This document shows, one piece after another, positions 38,949 through 48,119 of a stretch of DNA of 64,000 nt. Position 1 is the first letter of the stretch. Each line of letters starts with the position of its first letter. The stretch is from Dehalococcoidales bacterium. GTDB taxonomy: Bacteria; Chloroflexota; Dehalococcoidia; Dehalococcoidales; RBG-16-60-22. The notes below the pieces were generated by a model. That model was given only the letters and a program-made list of their open reading frames with translations, searched no databases and was not told where the DNA came from. The stretch is taken from the NCBI GenBank assembly GCA_002688435.1, contig NZCW01000007.1, forward strand, positions 9,269 through 73,268, written 5' to 3'. A program made the translations under genes and the position numbers.

Positions 38949-39803
38949 TTATTGAATCGGGCCTTTCTTGAGTCGGGCCTGCAGCTTTTCGTGTTCCCCT
39001 TCCAGCATGCGATAGCAGTGTTTCTCCTCAGGGAACTTGCCGCTCCTGATGTCTTCGGCGTACTCGGTGAAAGCTTTCACGATAATTTCACCCACGTTGG
39101 CGTATCTCTTGACGAACTTAGGGGTAAAAGCCTCAAACATGCCCAGTATGTCACCATTAATCAGGACTTGGCCGTCGGTATACATGCCAGCGCCGATGCC
39201 CAGTACCGGGATTTTAACTGTTTCGGTAATTATTTTACCCACTTCTGGAGGGACGGCTTCCACTAGGAGGGCGAAAGCGCCCGCCTTTTCTACGGCCGCG
39301 GCGTCTTGCAGTAGTTCCATGGCGGTTTCTACGGTGAGGCCTTGGGCTTTAAAGCCGCCCAGTTGGCCCGAGCTCTGGGGAGTCAGGCCGATATGGCCCA
39401 TGACCGACATCCCGCTATCCACAATGCCTTTGATTTGAGAGATTAAACACCGGCCGCCTTCCAGTTTGACGGCGTCAACACTAGCCTCTTTATAAAACCG
39501 GCCCGAATTATAGATGGCGTTCTCCGTGGATAGCTGGTAGGATAGGAAAGGCAAATCACCGATAACGAAGGTGTTAGGTGCTCCTCTCCTCACATCTTCG
39601 GCATGGGCCACCATCTGATCCATGGTCATCGGAACGGTCCCGGAGTAACCGTGGACCACCATGCCGGCGCTGTCACCGACTAGGATCATGTCGATACCGG
39701 CTTTTTCCACAAAGCTGGCCATGGGAAAGTCATAGGCGGTGATGTAGGTGATTTTTTCACCCCTCTTTTTCATTTCGTGGAAGTTAAGAATGGATTTCTT
39801 CAT
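38949..39803 (-). CDS. panB: 3-methyl-2-oxobutanoate hydroxymethyltransferase
   Basis: 284 aa. ITAYDFPMASFVEKAGIDMILVGDS..., VKLEGG, GHIGLTPQS. Confidence 0.93.
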   Translation of the reverse strand: MKKSILNFHEMKKRGEKITYITAYDFPMASFVEKAGIDMILVGDSAGMVVHGYSGTVPMTMDQMVAHAEDVRRGAPNTFVIGDLPFLSYQLSTENAIYNSGRFYKEASVDAVKLEGGRCLISQIKGIVDSGMSVMGHIGLTPQSSGQLGGFKAQGLTVETAMELLQDAAAVEKAGAFALLVEAVPPEVGKIITETVKIPVLGIGAGMYTDGQVLINGDILGMFEAFTPKFVKRYANVGEIIVKAFTEYAEDIRSGKFPEEKHCYRMLEGEHEKLQARLKKGPIQ

Positions 39804-40041
39804 CTATCGTTTCCTCCCGTATTATTTTGGCCGGGAAACTTTCAGGTTTTCGGCTCCCTGCGGGGATAGCTTTAGTGGGAAAAGCCTTGCGGGAAGTCGG
39901 TAATTCATACCGGTCTCCCTCGGGCATGCCCAATTTTCCCAAAGCTTTGGTGAGCTTTGACGTGGTTAATCCCTCCGTAAGAAAATACCTCAGAATCGAT
40001 GAAGAAACACATTAGAACAGGTTAATGGTTGACCAGAAGAC
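39804..40041 (-). ncRNA. Long structured 5' leader of panB (candidate pan-motif-like cis-regulatory RNA)
   Basis: About 238 nt between the predicted promoter and the panB ATG. It holds at least two imperfect hairpins with unpaired A residues (GGGAGACCGGUA-UGAAU-UACCGACUUCCC; GCCG(A)AAAC-CUGAAA-GUUUC(CC)GGC). No convincing ORF. Confidence 0.4.
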
Positions 40042-40047
40042 CAGCCT

Positions 40048-40076
40048 ATTATCCCACCCCACACTGTCCGTGTCAA
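40048..40076 (-). promoter_or_regulatory. Sigma70-type promoter upstream of panB
   Basis: Minus strand: TTGACA (40076-40071), a 17-nt spacer, GATAAT (40053-40048). Confidence 0.6.
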
Positions 40077-40091
40077 GAGAATAACACGCTT

Positions 40092-40159
40092 CTTATTACT
40101 CAATCTTAGTTGGTGTCCATATCCACCACCACCACCACCAACCAAGATTGAGTAATAAG
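40092..40159. mobile_element. 68-bp miniature inverted-repeat element with 8-bp target-site duplication
   Basis: 22-bp TIRs at 40092-40113 and 40138-40159 with 1 mismatch. (CCA)6 core. Perfect direct repeats ACACGCTT at 40084-40091 and 40160-40167. Confidence 0.8.
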
Positions 40160-40166
40160 ACACGCT

Positions 40167-40401
40167 TAGGGATGTGCGAAACTATTCCCAAAGCTAATTC
40201 GTAACTAATCTTAATACTACTGTGCGTCGACCGAGATTCCTTCTTTCAAATCCTCTAGTTTTGCCACCTTACACCTATTAGTATTATTAAGCTTGTTTCT
40301 TGTATTACGTCTTCCGAAGCCCTCAGCTTGGGGTAAACTATTTTTTTTAAAATTCAATTAATCGTGGGGATTAGCTTTGGGATTAGTTTCGCACATCCCT
40401 A
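40167..40401. mobile_element. 235-bp non-autonomous inverted-repeat element with 5-bp target-site duplication
   Basis: 32-bp TIRs TAGGGATGTGCGAAACTATTCCCAAAGCTAAT (40167-40198) and its inverse (40370-40401), with 1 mismatch. Flanked by ACGCT at 40162-40166 and 40402-40406. No ORF inside. A half-copy lies at 644-742. Confidence 0.8.
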
Positions 40402-40430
40402 ACGCTAGATAAATAATGCGTAATTGCTCA

Positions 40431-40757
40431 TTAGCGCAATTGCGCATTTGCTCTCTTGAGTAGTTCCTCGTCGGTCCTGACTCCCTGTACGTCTAGTTTG
40501 GAACGGCGGAAAGCCCGGACCATGGCCTCAATGAGCTTTGTCTTGCTCAGCTTTTTCCCGCCGCTGAACTTAGCCCTAGAAGCTAGGCTTTCTAGGTAGG
40601 CGTCTTCGCCGCGGTGCAGGAATACGGATAGCTTTATCATGGTTGTTCCGGATGGTTCGGCGGGAGGCTGCTTTTTGACGGCGGGTCGGTCTGTACCGGT
40701 GAGGCGATCCAAGGCATTCCCATAAGCAAGATCCTCAGTGATACTGACTCTTTTCAT
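40431..40757 (-). CDS. Small ParA partner, predicted ribbon-helix-helix (ParG/omega-like) DNA-binding protein
   Basis: 108 aa. ATGA overlap with the parA stop. A disordered basic N-terminal part is followed by the beta-alpha-alpha pattern KLSVFLHRGEDAYLESLASRAKF...SKTKLIEAMVRAF. Confidence 0.6.
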   Translation of the reverse strand: MKRVSITEDLAYGNALDRLTGTDRPAVKKQPPAEPSGTTMIKLSVFLHRGEDAYLESLASRAKFSGGKKLSKTKLIEAMVRAFRRSKLDVQGVRTDEELLKRANAQLR

Positions 40758-41530
40758 TTCATCACCTCTCTGGAAAGTAGTCGGTAGGCGTTGGCTCCAT
40801 CGCTTGTCGGGGCGTAGGTCAGGATTGACCCTCCAGCGGCCGGGGCTTCCTTGAAACGGACACTGCTGGGGATAAGGGCGTCAAAGACTCTTATCCGGTC
40901 ACCAAAGGCTTTGCGGGTTACCTCGATAACCTCTTTGCTGTGCAAGGTGCGGGAATGAGTCATGGTGAATAGTATGCCGGAAATCTCCAGTTTTGGGTTA
41001 ATTCTTTCCCTTACCCGGATAACCGTTCTCAGCAGGAGTGTCAGTCCTTTCATCGCCAGAAAATCGGCCTGCAGGGGTATCAGTATTCGGTCGGCAGCGG
41101 ACAGGGCATTGACGGTTAGCAGTCCGAGACTGGGTAGGCAGTCAATCAGAATAAAATCGTACTGCTGGCGTATCGGCTGGAGCATCTCTTTTAACACCTG
41201 TTCCCGGGTAAACGCGCCCACCAGGTCAAGCTCGGCCTGCGACAGCTCTATGTTAGCCGGAACGAGGTCAATACTAGGGTTACCGGTCCGGGCGGTAACG
41301 TCACTGATTGATGGGTTTTTCTTGTCCCGGATGGCAGCCGCCAGGACATTATAGCTGGTGCGGGTGAGTTTGTCGGGGTCAAGACCTAGGGTAATGGTGA
41401 GGCTGGCCTGAGGGTCCCAGTCGACCAGTAGCACCCGCTGGTTTTGTTCGCTTAGACCGTCGGCCAAGGCGGCGGCGGTGGTAGTCTTACCCACGCCGCC
41501 TTTCTGGTTGGCGATGCAGATAACCGGCAC
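40754..41530 (-). CDS. parA: ParA/Soj-family partition ATPase
   Basis: 258 aa, GTG start. Deviant Walker A NQKGGVGKTTT. ...LLVDWDPQASLT... Confidence 0.92.
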   Translation of the reverse strand: MPVICIANQKGGVGKTTTAAALADGLSEQNQRVLLVDWDPQASLTITLGLDPDKLTRTSYNVLAAAIRDKKNPSISDVTARTGNPSIDLVPANIELSQAELDLVGAFTREQVLKEMLQPIRQQYDFILIDCLPSLGLLTVNALSAADRILIPLQADFLAMKGLTLLLRTVIRVRERINPKLEISGILFTMTHSRTLHSKEVIEVTRKAFGDRIRVFDALIPSSVRFKEAPAAGGSILTYAPTSDGANAYRLLSREVMK

Positions 41531-41564
41531 GGTTTAGTCCCCCTTTCACCTGATGGCTAGGGTA

Positions 41565-41593
41565 ATTATAGCGTAATTGCGTAATTACGTCAA
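41565..41593 (-). promoter_or_regulatory. parA promoter with GCGTAATT iterons in the spacer (candidate operator/centromere-like site)
   Basis: Minus strand: TTGACG (41593-41588), a 17-nt spacer, TATAAT (41570-41565). The spacer is made of two tandem GCGTAATT units (41571-41586). A third copy is at 41603-41610. Related GCGTAATT and GCGCAATTGCGC sites lie at 40418-40445, at the other end of the operon. Confidence 0.65.
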
Positions 41594-41733
41594 TACTCTT
41601 TTGCGTAATTTACCGGTGCGACCATCTAGGCCGGGAGGTCTTGACAACTGGCGAGATAGAGGCGCAATATAGTTATCGTCAAAACGGAAACAAGGAGTAA
41701 CGTGAAATATTACCGGAAGGAGAATAAGTAGAG

Positions 41734-42903
41734 ATGAGACTATCCAGAAAGATGTCACGATTGGGTACTGAGACGGCATTTAAAGTTCTGGCCCAGGCCC
41801 AATCTCTTGAAGCTAATGGGGTAGATGTAGTTCATCTGGAAATTGGTGAGCCTGACTTCATTACACCTAAGTACATTTGTGAGGCGGCCACCGATGCATT
41901 GGATAAGGGTTACACTCATTACTGTAACTCTCAGGGATTGCTTCCACTGCGTACTGAAATTGCTAAAAAATACGAAAAAACATACGGTATTTCGGTAGAC
42001 CCAGAGTGCGTTGTCGTGACCTCTGGTGCTAAGCCCATCATGTTCTACTCAATCTTAGCACTGCTTGAGGAAGGAGATGAAGTAATATACCCTAATCCTC
42101 TTTTCCCGATTTATGAATCAATGATTAATTTTACTGGGGCTAAAGCAGTGCCTATCCAACTTCGCGAGGAACAAGATTTTCGTTTTGACATAGCTGAATT
42201 GAGAGCTAAGGTTACACCACGTACCAAGCTTATTATCATCAACTCGCCTCATAATCCAACTGGCAGCGTTTTAGAGACGGATGATATCCTTGCTATCGCA
42301 GATATTGCTCAAAAGTATGGTATAACTATCCTTTCTGATGAAATCTATGAAAATATTATTTATGAGGGAAAGCACAATAGTATTGCTAGCCTACCGGGCA
42401 TGTTGGACAGGACGATACTGATAAGCGGCTTTTCCAAGGCCTACGCTATGACTGGTTGGCGTTTAGGCTATGCGGTGATGCCATCGGAACTGATTGATCC
42501 TGTAGTACGCCTAATCGTAAACAGCGTCTCCTGCACCGCACCGTTTATCCAGTACGCTGGCATTGAGGCACTAACCGGCTCACAAGACAGCGTACGTAAA
42601 ATGGTAGATGAATTCAGAAAGCGACGGGACCTGATCGTAGACGGACTGAATGCTATAGCAGGTATAAGCTGCTTGCGTCCTAAGGGTGCTTTCTACGTGT
42701 TCCTTAATGTAAAAAAATTGGGGACGGATTGCAGACAGGTGGCTAATTTTCTCTTAAATGAAGCTGGCGTAGCCACACTGGCTGGCGCCGATTTTGGCAT
42801 GTATGGTGAAGGCTACATCAGACTATCCTACGCTACCTCATTGGAAAATCTAAAGAAGGGATTGGATAGGATAAAAGCTGCAGTAGTGAAGATTACGGCT
42901 TAG
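41734..42903 (+). CDS. PLP-dependent class I/II aminotransferase (aspartate aminotransferase-like)
   Basis: 389 aa. NPHNPTG and SGFSKAYAMTGWRLGY (PLP lysine). A 60-nt sample counted about 38% GC. Confidence 0.88.
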   Translation: MRLSRKMSRLGTETAFKVLAQAQSLEANGVDVVHLEIGEPDFITPKYICEAATDALDKGYTHYCNSQGLLPLRTEIAKKYEKTYGISVDPECVVVTSGAKPIMFYSILALLEEGDEVIYPNPLFPIYESMINFTGAKAVPIQLREEQDFRFDIAELRAKVTPRTKLIIINSPHNPTGSVLETDDILAIADIAQKYGITILSDEIYENIIYEGKHNSIASLPGMLDRTILISGFSKAYAMTGWRLGYAVMPSELIDPVVRLIVNSVSCTAPFIQYAGIEALTGSQDSVRKMVDEFRKRRDLIVDGLNAIAGISCLRPKGAFYVFLNVKKLGTDCRQVANFLLNEAGVATLAGADFGMYGEGYIRLSYATSLENLKKGLDRIKAAVVKITA

Positions 42904-42939
42904 TGTAGAGGTTGTTTTGAAACCATTCTTTTTGCACTT

Positions 42940-43356
42940 CTATTCGTTCGACCATCTGTACAGAAATACCAATTTCAAGTTTTTCATAATATCCATCAAT
43001 TGCTCTCCGTCTATCAAATTAATCGGATACGTACCTGTTTTTTTAGTCTCTTTCCTAGCTTCTCCGCTATAACTTCTCGTTGTTATAAATAATCCTTTGT
43101 AAGCCCGCCCATCATATCCGCCTCTAAAATCCCTAATGCCTGACGGTGATATACTTCCTTTACACCTTTTACATTGGCACATTACATGAAATGAAAGTAC
43201 GTTACCGAATCTGAATACTTCCTTACCGTCTATGCCACCATCCCTACTAGGGATGGTGGCATAGACCTGCTTAAACCCTAACTCCCGTAGAATTCTTTGA
43301 TATAATTTTTCGAATTTGAACGGGTCCATCTCTCGGGGAAGTAATATTCTGGCCAA
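42940..43356 (-). CDS. Stand-alone Mrr-type restriction endonuclease catalytic domain
   Basis: 138 aa, TTG start. FEKLYQRILRELGF...SRDGGIDG...MCQCKRCKGSISPSGIRDF...GLFITT fits the Mrr_cat pattern (D...QxK). No N-terminal DNA-binding domain. Confidence 0.7.
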   Translation of the reverse strand: MARILLPREMDPFKFEKLYQRILRELGFKQVYATIPSRDGGIDGKEVFRFGNVLSFHVMCQCKRCKGSISPSGIRDFRGGYDGRAYKGLFITTRSYSGEARKETKKTGTYPINLIDGEQLMDIMKNLKLVFLYRWSNE

Positions 43357-43554
43357 TTGTTACATCGGTGCGCCGGCCCATTTGTCTCTATTTAGGACAT
43401 TGACAAAATCTCAAAACAGCACTAAACTCCAGTCGTAACTTGTGAAATAGCCTGTCAATCGAAATCATAACACGATTTAGAGGACTATTGGACAGGAGAG
43501 TCCACGGTGGCGTCTGAAGGCTGGCGTTGGTAAAGCATAGAAGGAGGATAGTTA

Positions 43555-44133
43555 ATGTTTACATTGCAAATAGGTGATAAAGCCTGCGATTTTGCGTTAC
43601 CGGCAACTGACGGTAAAACCTACAGCCTGGCTGACTTTGAGATGGCTAAGGTGCTGGTAGTTTTTTTTACCTGTAACCACTGTCCTTTCGTGATCGGATC
43701 AGATGAAGTCACACGCGCAACGGCGCTTCGTTTCAAGGATAAGGGCGTTGCCTTTGTTGGTATCAATTCCAACAGCGAACAAACCTATCCGGAGGATGAT
43801 TTTGATAATATGGTGAAACGGATGAAGGAGCATGATTTTCCGTGGGTTTACGTCCGGGACAAAAGCCAGGATGTAGCGAAGGCTTATGGCGCACTCAGGA
43901 CGCCGCATTTTTATGTGTTTAACCAGGAGCGAAGACTCGTCTATACTGGCCGCGGGGTGGATAATCCGCGTAGTACGGCCGTAATGAAGACCAATGATTT
44001 GGAAAAAACCTTGGATGAAATCCTGATAGGTAAGCCGGTAAGTACGCCCCTGACCAATCCGATTGGATGCAACGTTAAGTGGGAAGGAAAGGATGCTCAT
44101 TGGATGCCACCCGAAGCGTGCGATCTAGTCTAG
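43555..44133 (+). CDS. Thioredoxin-fold (AhpC/TSA / TlpA-like) protein
   Basis: 192 aa. ...[14 protein letters not shown]... redox motif. ...RTPHFYVF... Confidence 0.8.
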   Translation: MFTLQIGDKACDFALPATDGKTYSLADFEMAKVLVVFFTCNHCPFVIGSDEVTRATALRFKDKGVAFVGINSNSEQTYPEDDFDNMVKRMKEHDFPWVYVRDKSQDVAKAYGALRTPHFYVFNQERRLVYTGRGVDNPRSTAVMKTNDLEKTLDEILIGKPVSTPLTNPIGCNVKWEGKDAHWMPPEACDLV

Positions 44134-44282
44134 TGGTGACCTATGGATAGTTGTAAAAGAACTAGGGGAGCAGCAGCGCTCCCCTATCCATTATGTAAAA
44201 TACACCGATAGTTATGGTGAGATCTTTATTTCCATAACACGTAGTTATTGGTGGCATTAATAATAGGAGGTATGAAATCAGG

Positions 44283-45182
44283 ATGGATCTTAGAGAAAGA
44301 CTGCGAGATACTGATGAGATACTGCTTCACTATGTACCGCTTCACTCGCTACTTGCTGACTGGGGTAAAGATTTGGAGTCTCATCTATCAGAGTGGATTA
44401 TTAATAACCCTGAGAAATATCAAGACGCACTACGACAATCATTCGCTGCTGGTTGTGATTTTGCTTGTACAATGACACAATCAAGCTCACCATGGAGAGC
44501 GGAGCCCTTTGGTTTACGGGATAGAATACATGAGCTTAACTGGAGGTCAGCTAAATTGGCCAAGGAGGTTACTCCACCAGGTCGTTATGTACTCGCGATA
44601 GTGTCAACTACAAATCCCGATTTCTTAGAACCATTGGGTAACATGACATATGATGAGGTCTATGAAGGCTATAAAGAGCAGATATCAGCCTTATTAGAAG
44701 GTGGGATTGATGTTTTTCTCATTGTTGGGAACCATATAGATGAAGCGTTGATAGCTATCGAGGTAGCACGCGATCTCTGCGACGTTCCCATAATATCCCA
44801 AAATATATTCTATTCGACTAAAAATGGGTTCAGAACAATGATGGGGGATAACCCTATAAAAGCATCAGCTAAGCTCGAAGAAGTAGGGGTTGATGTCATC
44901 GGTGGTAGCTGTGGACTAATGACTAAATCACTCGATACTTCAGAATGGTATCCAGCAGCTACCACTCTTATCAAAGAAATGAGAAAAGGTTGCCGCGGGC
45001 CATTATCTATACAACCGGATGCTGGCTTAGCGCAATTGGCAGACGGTAAGACCGTTTATCCGGTATCACCTGAAGAGATGGTCGACGAGGTTAAAGCTTG
45101 GGTTGATGCCGGCGCACGTATTGTAGGAGGGTGTTGCGGCACAAGTTTAGAACATTATAGAAAGATTTCAGCCGCGACATGA
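44283..45182 (+). CDS. Stand-alone homocysteine S-methyltransferase-domain protein (MetH Hcy-module-like)
   Basis: 299 aa. Zn-ligand pattern VIGGSCG ... IVGGCCGTSLEHYRKI is typical of the S-methyl_trans (Hcy-binding) domain. Divergent N-terminus. Low GC. Confidence 0.75.
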   Translation: MDLRERLRDTDEILLHYVPLHSLLADWGKDLESHLSEWIINNPEKYQDALRQSFAAGCDFACTMTQSSSPWRAEPFGLRDRIHELNWRSAKLAKEVTPPGRYVLAIVSTTNPDFLEPLGNMTYDEVYEGYKEQISALLEGGIDVFLIVGNHIDEALIAIEVARDLCDVPIISQNIFYSTKNGFRTMMGDNPIKASAKLEEVGVDVIGGSCGLMTKSLDTSEWYPAATTLIKEMRKGCRGPLSIQPDAGLAQLADGKTVYPVSPEEMVDEVKAWVDAGARIVGGCCGTSLEHYRKISAAT

Positions 45183-45321
45183 AGGACTGTAGTTAAGAGG
45201 TTTAATTTGGGTGGATTTGGTAAAATATGCGCGTTAGCTGTGCGTAACATTTGCATGCACAGCACGTGGGACTGAAAGTAGTGGTATATATCAATAACTA
45301 TCGTACTTGGTCGTTTAAATA

Positions 45322-45346
45322 AGCAGCGGTCTACCAGACCGCTGCT
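45322..45346 (-). terminator. Stem-loop (11-bp stem) likely terminating minus-strand transcription from the tRNA-Ala side
   Basis: AGCAGCGGTCT-ACC-AGACCGCTGCT. On the minus strand it is followed by TATTTAAA. Confidence 0.45.
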
Positions 45347-45721
45347 ATAGGGCTATATAACGTAGCCTTCCAGCTTACTACACTGCCTCTACTATGACTT
45401 TAATGGATTGTGGATCATCGAGCTCTTTGGCTTGCTCCTTGGTTAGATAGATGGTCATTGGGTGGTCTTCCTTGTCTTCCTGGAATCTCCAAGTGCCCGG
45501 TGTTTCTTTCTCTTTGAAAAAGGTACTTTTGATGAGCGACGGCTTTGTACCAAAAGTGCTTGAGAAATGGGACTTTTAATACAAAGCCATGAGCGACGAT
45601 AAATCTGTGAGACAATGTTTAAGCGTATCTATGTAGAGGAAGGTAGAGTGACTAGGGCGGAACTCGACGCGCCTCTCGCTATTATCGTAGCCAGCGCTAA
45701 AGGTTCGGGAGCTGTTACGAA

Positions 45722-45797
<76 letters not shown>

Positions 45798-45933
45798 AGA
45801 TTAACGTTGAGATTATAGCATATTCTCAGGAAATATGGTCCTTCCGGTAAGGAAGGATGATAACCTTACTGTTTGGACTAATGAGATGGAGTGTTTAATT
45901 CTCTTTTTTAAGGAGAGTCATGTGGGGTGTCTG

Positions 45934-45961
45934 AGAGGGGCGTTAGCCCCTCTTTATTTTT
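45934..45961 (+). terminator. Intrinsic-terminator-like hairpin with no obvious upstream plus-strand gene
   Basis: AGAGGGGC-GTTA-GCCCCTCT followed by TTATTTTT. Confidence 0.4.
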
Positions 45962-46077
45962 ATCCCCCGTCCTCTAGCGGGTTAACATAACATTATGTAC
46001 GCTCCTCTTAATAGGGGAAGGGCATTAAGGGGGTGGGTTTCCTGATAAATATTAAGGGGGGATGAGGTCACCTGTTC

Positions 46078-46106
46078 TTGTCAGTCACCGATATTGTTGT
46101 TATACT
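46078..46106 (+). promoter_or_regulatory. Putative promoter of gatB
   Basis: TTGTCA (46078-46083), a 17-nt spacer, TATACT (46101-46106). Confidence 0.5.
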
Positions 46107-46132
46107 GAACGCGTTACCTGATGAGGCTGCGG

Positions 46133-47605
46133 ATGAATTTTGAGACGATTATCGGGCTGGAAGTCCACGCCCAGTTGCTGACCAAAAGTAAGATGTTCTG
46201 CCGCTGCCGCGCCGATTATGCCAGTGCGCCGCCCAATACTCATGTCTGCCCGGTGTGCCTCGGTATGCCCGGTGTCCTGCCCGTTATTAATCGGCAGGCG
46301 GTGGAATACACCATAATGACAGCACTGGCCCTGAACTGTATCATACCGGAATATGCTAAGTTTGACCGCAAAAACTACCCGTATCCCGACCTAGTGAAGG
46401 GTTACCAGATTTCGCAGTATGATACCCCGTTTGGCCGTGATGGCTGGCTCACCATTGAGATTAACGGAACCAAGAAGAAGATGGGCATAACCCGCGTCCA
46501 CTTGGAAGAGGATGTGGCCAAATTGCTACATCGTAAGTCCGCCGATGGAGAAGTGTACAGCCTGGTGGATGTCAACCGCTCCGGCGTGCCGCTGATGGAG
46601 ATTGTCGGGGAACCGGACCTGCGTTCCTCGGAAGAAGCCCGGCAGTATCTGGTCAAGCTGCGCACTATCCTCCAGTACCTGGGAGTATCCACCGGGAACA
46701 TGGAAGAAGGGAGCTTCCGGTGCGACGCCAATATCAGCATCCGTCCCGAGGACAACCCGGAGTCTATGGCTAAGGTCGAGGTCAAGAATATGAACAGCTT
46801 CAAGGCAGTCTATCAGGCGATGGACTACGAAGCCAAACGGCAACGGCAGGCGGTAGCCGAAGGCTGGAAGCTCGTCCAGGAGACGAGGGGCTGGGTGGAA
46901 GAGCAAGGGAAGACCGTGGCCCAGCGTAGTAAGGAATATGCCCATGACTATCGCTATTTCCCGGAGCCGGACCTCCCGCCCCTGACGGTCGGTCGGGAAT
47001 GGGTGGCCGAGATAAAGGCCAGACTGCCGGAACTGCCCGAAGACCGGCGTGACCGATTTGTCGCCGAATATGGGTTGCCGCTCTACGATGCCAGCCTGCT
47101 CACCGGCTCCCGGACTATGGCCGACTACTTTGAAGAATGCACCCAGACCGGGGCGTATTGGAAACTGCCGCCGGATACGGCCGCCAAAGAGGTCAGTAAC
47201 TGGCTGCTGGGTGAGGCTAGCCGTATCATGAACGCCAGCGGCATTGATGTCAGTCAGTTCCGGCAAAAAATTAACCCCGGAGAGCTTTCCGGGCTGATAT
47301 TAAGCGCGCACGGGGTGATTAACACGGCCACGGCCAAGTCCGTGCTGGGAGAAATGTTCCACACCGGGAAGGAAGCCGGCGAGATTATTGTACGGCGAGG
47401 ACTCAGCCAGATTAGTGATACCCGTCAACTTGAAGAAGTGGTCATCGAGGTGATAAACTCAAATGCACAGCCGGTAGCCGATTTTAAGTCGGGGAAGGAG
47501 ACCGCACTTAAGTTTCTCGTCGGGCAGGTGATGAAAGCGACCAGAGGGCAGGCTAATCCGGCGCTGGCGAACGAGATATTGAAGAAAAGGCTGACCGAAG
47601 GTTAA
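46133..47605 (+). CDS. gatB: Asp/Glu-tRNA(Asn/Gln) amidotransferase subunit B
   Basis: [15 protein letters not shown]... is a typical GatB. I prefer the ATG at 46133 over the track start at 46121 on N-terminal conservation and SD spacing. Confidence 0.94.
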   Translation: MNFETIIGLEVHAQLLTKSKMFCRCRADYASAPPNTHVCPVCLGMPGVLPVINRQAVEYTIMTALALNCIIPEYAKFDRKNYPYPDLVKGYQISQYDTPFGRDGWLTIEINGTKKKMGITRVHLEEDVAKLLHRKSADGEVYSLVDVNRSGVPLMEIVGEPDLRSSEEARQYLVKLRTILQYLGVSTGNMEEGSFRCDANISIRPEDNPESMAKVEVKNMNSFKAVYQAMDYEAKRQRQAVAEGWKLVQETRGWVEEQGKTVAQRSKEYAHDYRYFPEPDLPPLTVGREWVAEIKARLPELPEDRRDRFVAEYGLPLYDASLLTGSRTMADYFEECTQTGAYWKLPPDTAAKEVSNWLLGEASRIMNASGIDVSQFRQKINPGELSGLILSAHGVINTATAKSVLGEMFHTGKEAGEIIVRRGLSQISDTRQLEEVVIEVINSNAQPVADFKSGKETALKFLVGQVMKATRGQANPALANEILKKRLTEG

Positions 47606-47626
47606 AATACCTAGAGGAAGGATGAT

Positions 47627-47848
47627 ATGCAGACCTATTTAAGTATCGCTCAGATAGTACTGGCCGTAGCCTTGATACTGATTGTCCTGCTGCAGGTGCG
47701 GGGTGGGGGGCTGGGAGGTATCTTCGGCCAGGCGGATACCGTGTATCGTACTAAGCGGGGCCTAGAAAAAACGATGTTTCAGCTTACCATTGCCTTGGCG
47801 GTCCTGTTCATTGTTATCGCCTTAATTTCGCTCAAGATTACCCCGTAA
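47627..47848 (+). CDS. secG: Preprotein translocase subunit SecG
   Basis: 73 aa. Two TM helices flank a Gly-rich loop (LLQVRGGGLGGIFG). Confidence 0.85.
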   Translation: MQTYLSIAQIVLAVALILIVLLQVRGGGLGGIFGQADTVYRTKRGLEKTMFQLTIALAVLFIVIALISLKITP

Positions 47849-47975
47849 CCGGTTGGCACGGTAAAAATTAAGATGGAAAGACCAACATAAGACAATTTTT
47901 AGCCCGTACCGCCTTGACAAATGCCGATATGTTTGCTACCCTGCTTTCAAGAATATCATGAGGAGGACTGGAAAA

Positions 47976-48119
47976 ATGCCCCAAGCTTACTGTATGAAAT
48001 GTCGGTCAAAGAGAGAAATTAAGAATCCACAGGCGACTACCCTTAAGAACAAACGCCCGGCGACTCAGGGTACCTGCTCTAGCTGTGGCACCAAGGTTTT
48101 CCGTATCGGTAAGGGTTAA
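47976..48119 (+). CDS. Small zinc-ribbon protein (DUF5679-like)
   Basis: 47 aa, not in the ORF track. MPQAYCMKCRSKREIKNPQATTLKNKRPATQGTCSSCGTKVFRIGKG. AGGAGG lies 9 nt upstream. Confidence 0.7.
   Translation: MPQAYCMKCRSKREIKNPQATTLKNKRPATQGTCSSCGTKVFRIGKG

Noticed and set aside
39827-40015. A 62-aa plus-strand ORF in the panB upstream region.
   Set aside because: It has no RBS and no recognisable sequence. It lies antisense to the predicted panB leader.
39804-40041. GGGAAGTCGGTAATTCATACCGGTCTCCC and GAGGGAGACCGG in the panB leader looked superficially like cobalamin-riboswitch (B12-box) or ZTP-like elements.
   Set aside because: The GCCACTG core and GGTGNNAANTCC features of cobalamin riboswitches are absent, as is the CCGCCTGGGC pseudoknot segment of ZTP. 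The B12-like plus-strand reading has no downstream plus-strand gene.
40121-40143. The CACCACCACCACCAC / (CCA)6 tract looks like a His-tag coding sequence, which would suggest vector contamination.
   Set aside because: It is not in any ORF and has no flanking vector-like sequence (no start/stop context or cloning sites). It forms the central part of a 68-bp inverted-repeat element with target-site duplications.
40167-40198. A TIR containing ...GTGCGAAAC... with a small internal hairpin (GGGAT...ATCCC) resembles a CRISPR repeat.
   Set aside because: Only three copies exist, two of them inverted as element termini. There is no regular repeat-spacer periodicity and no cas genes.
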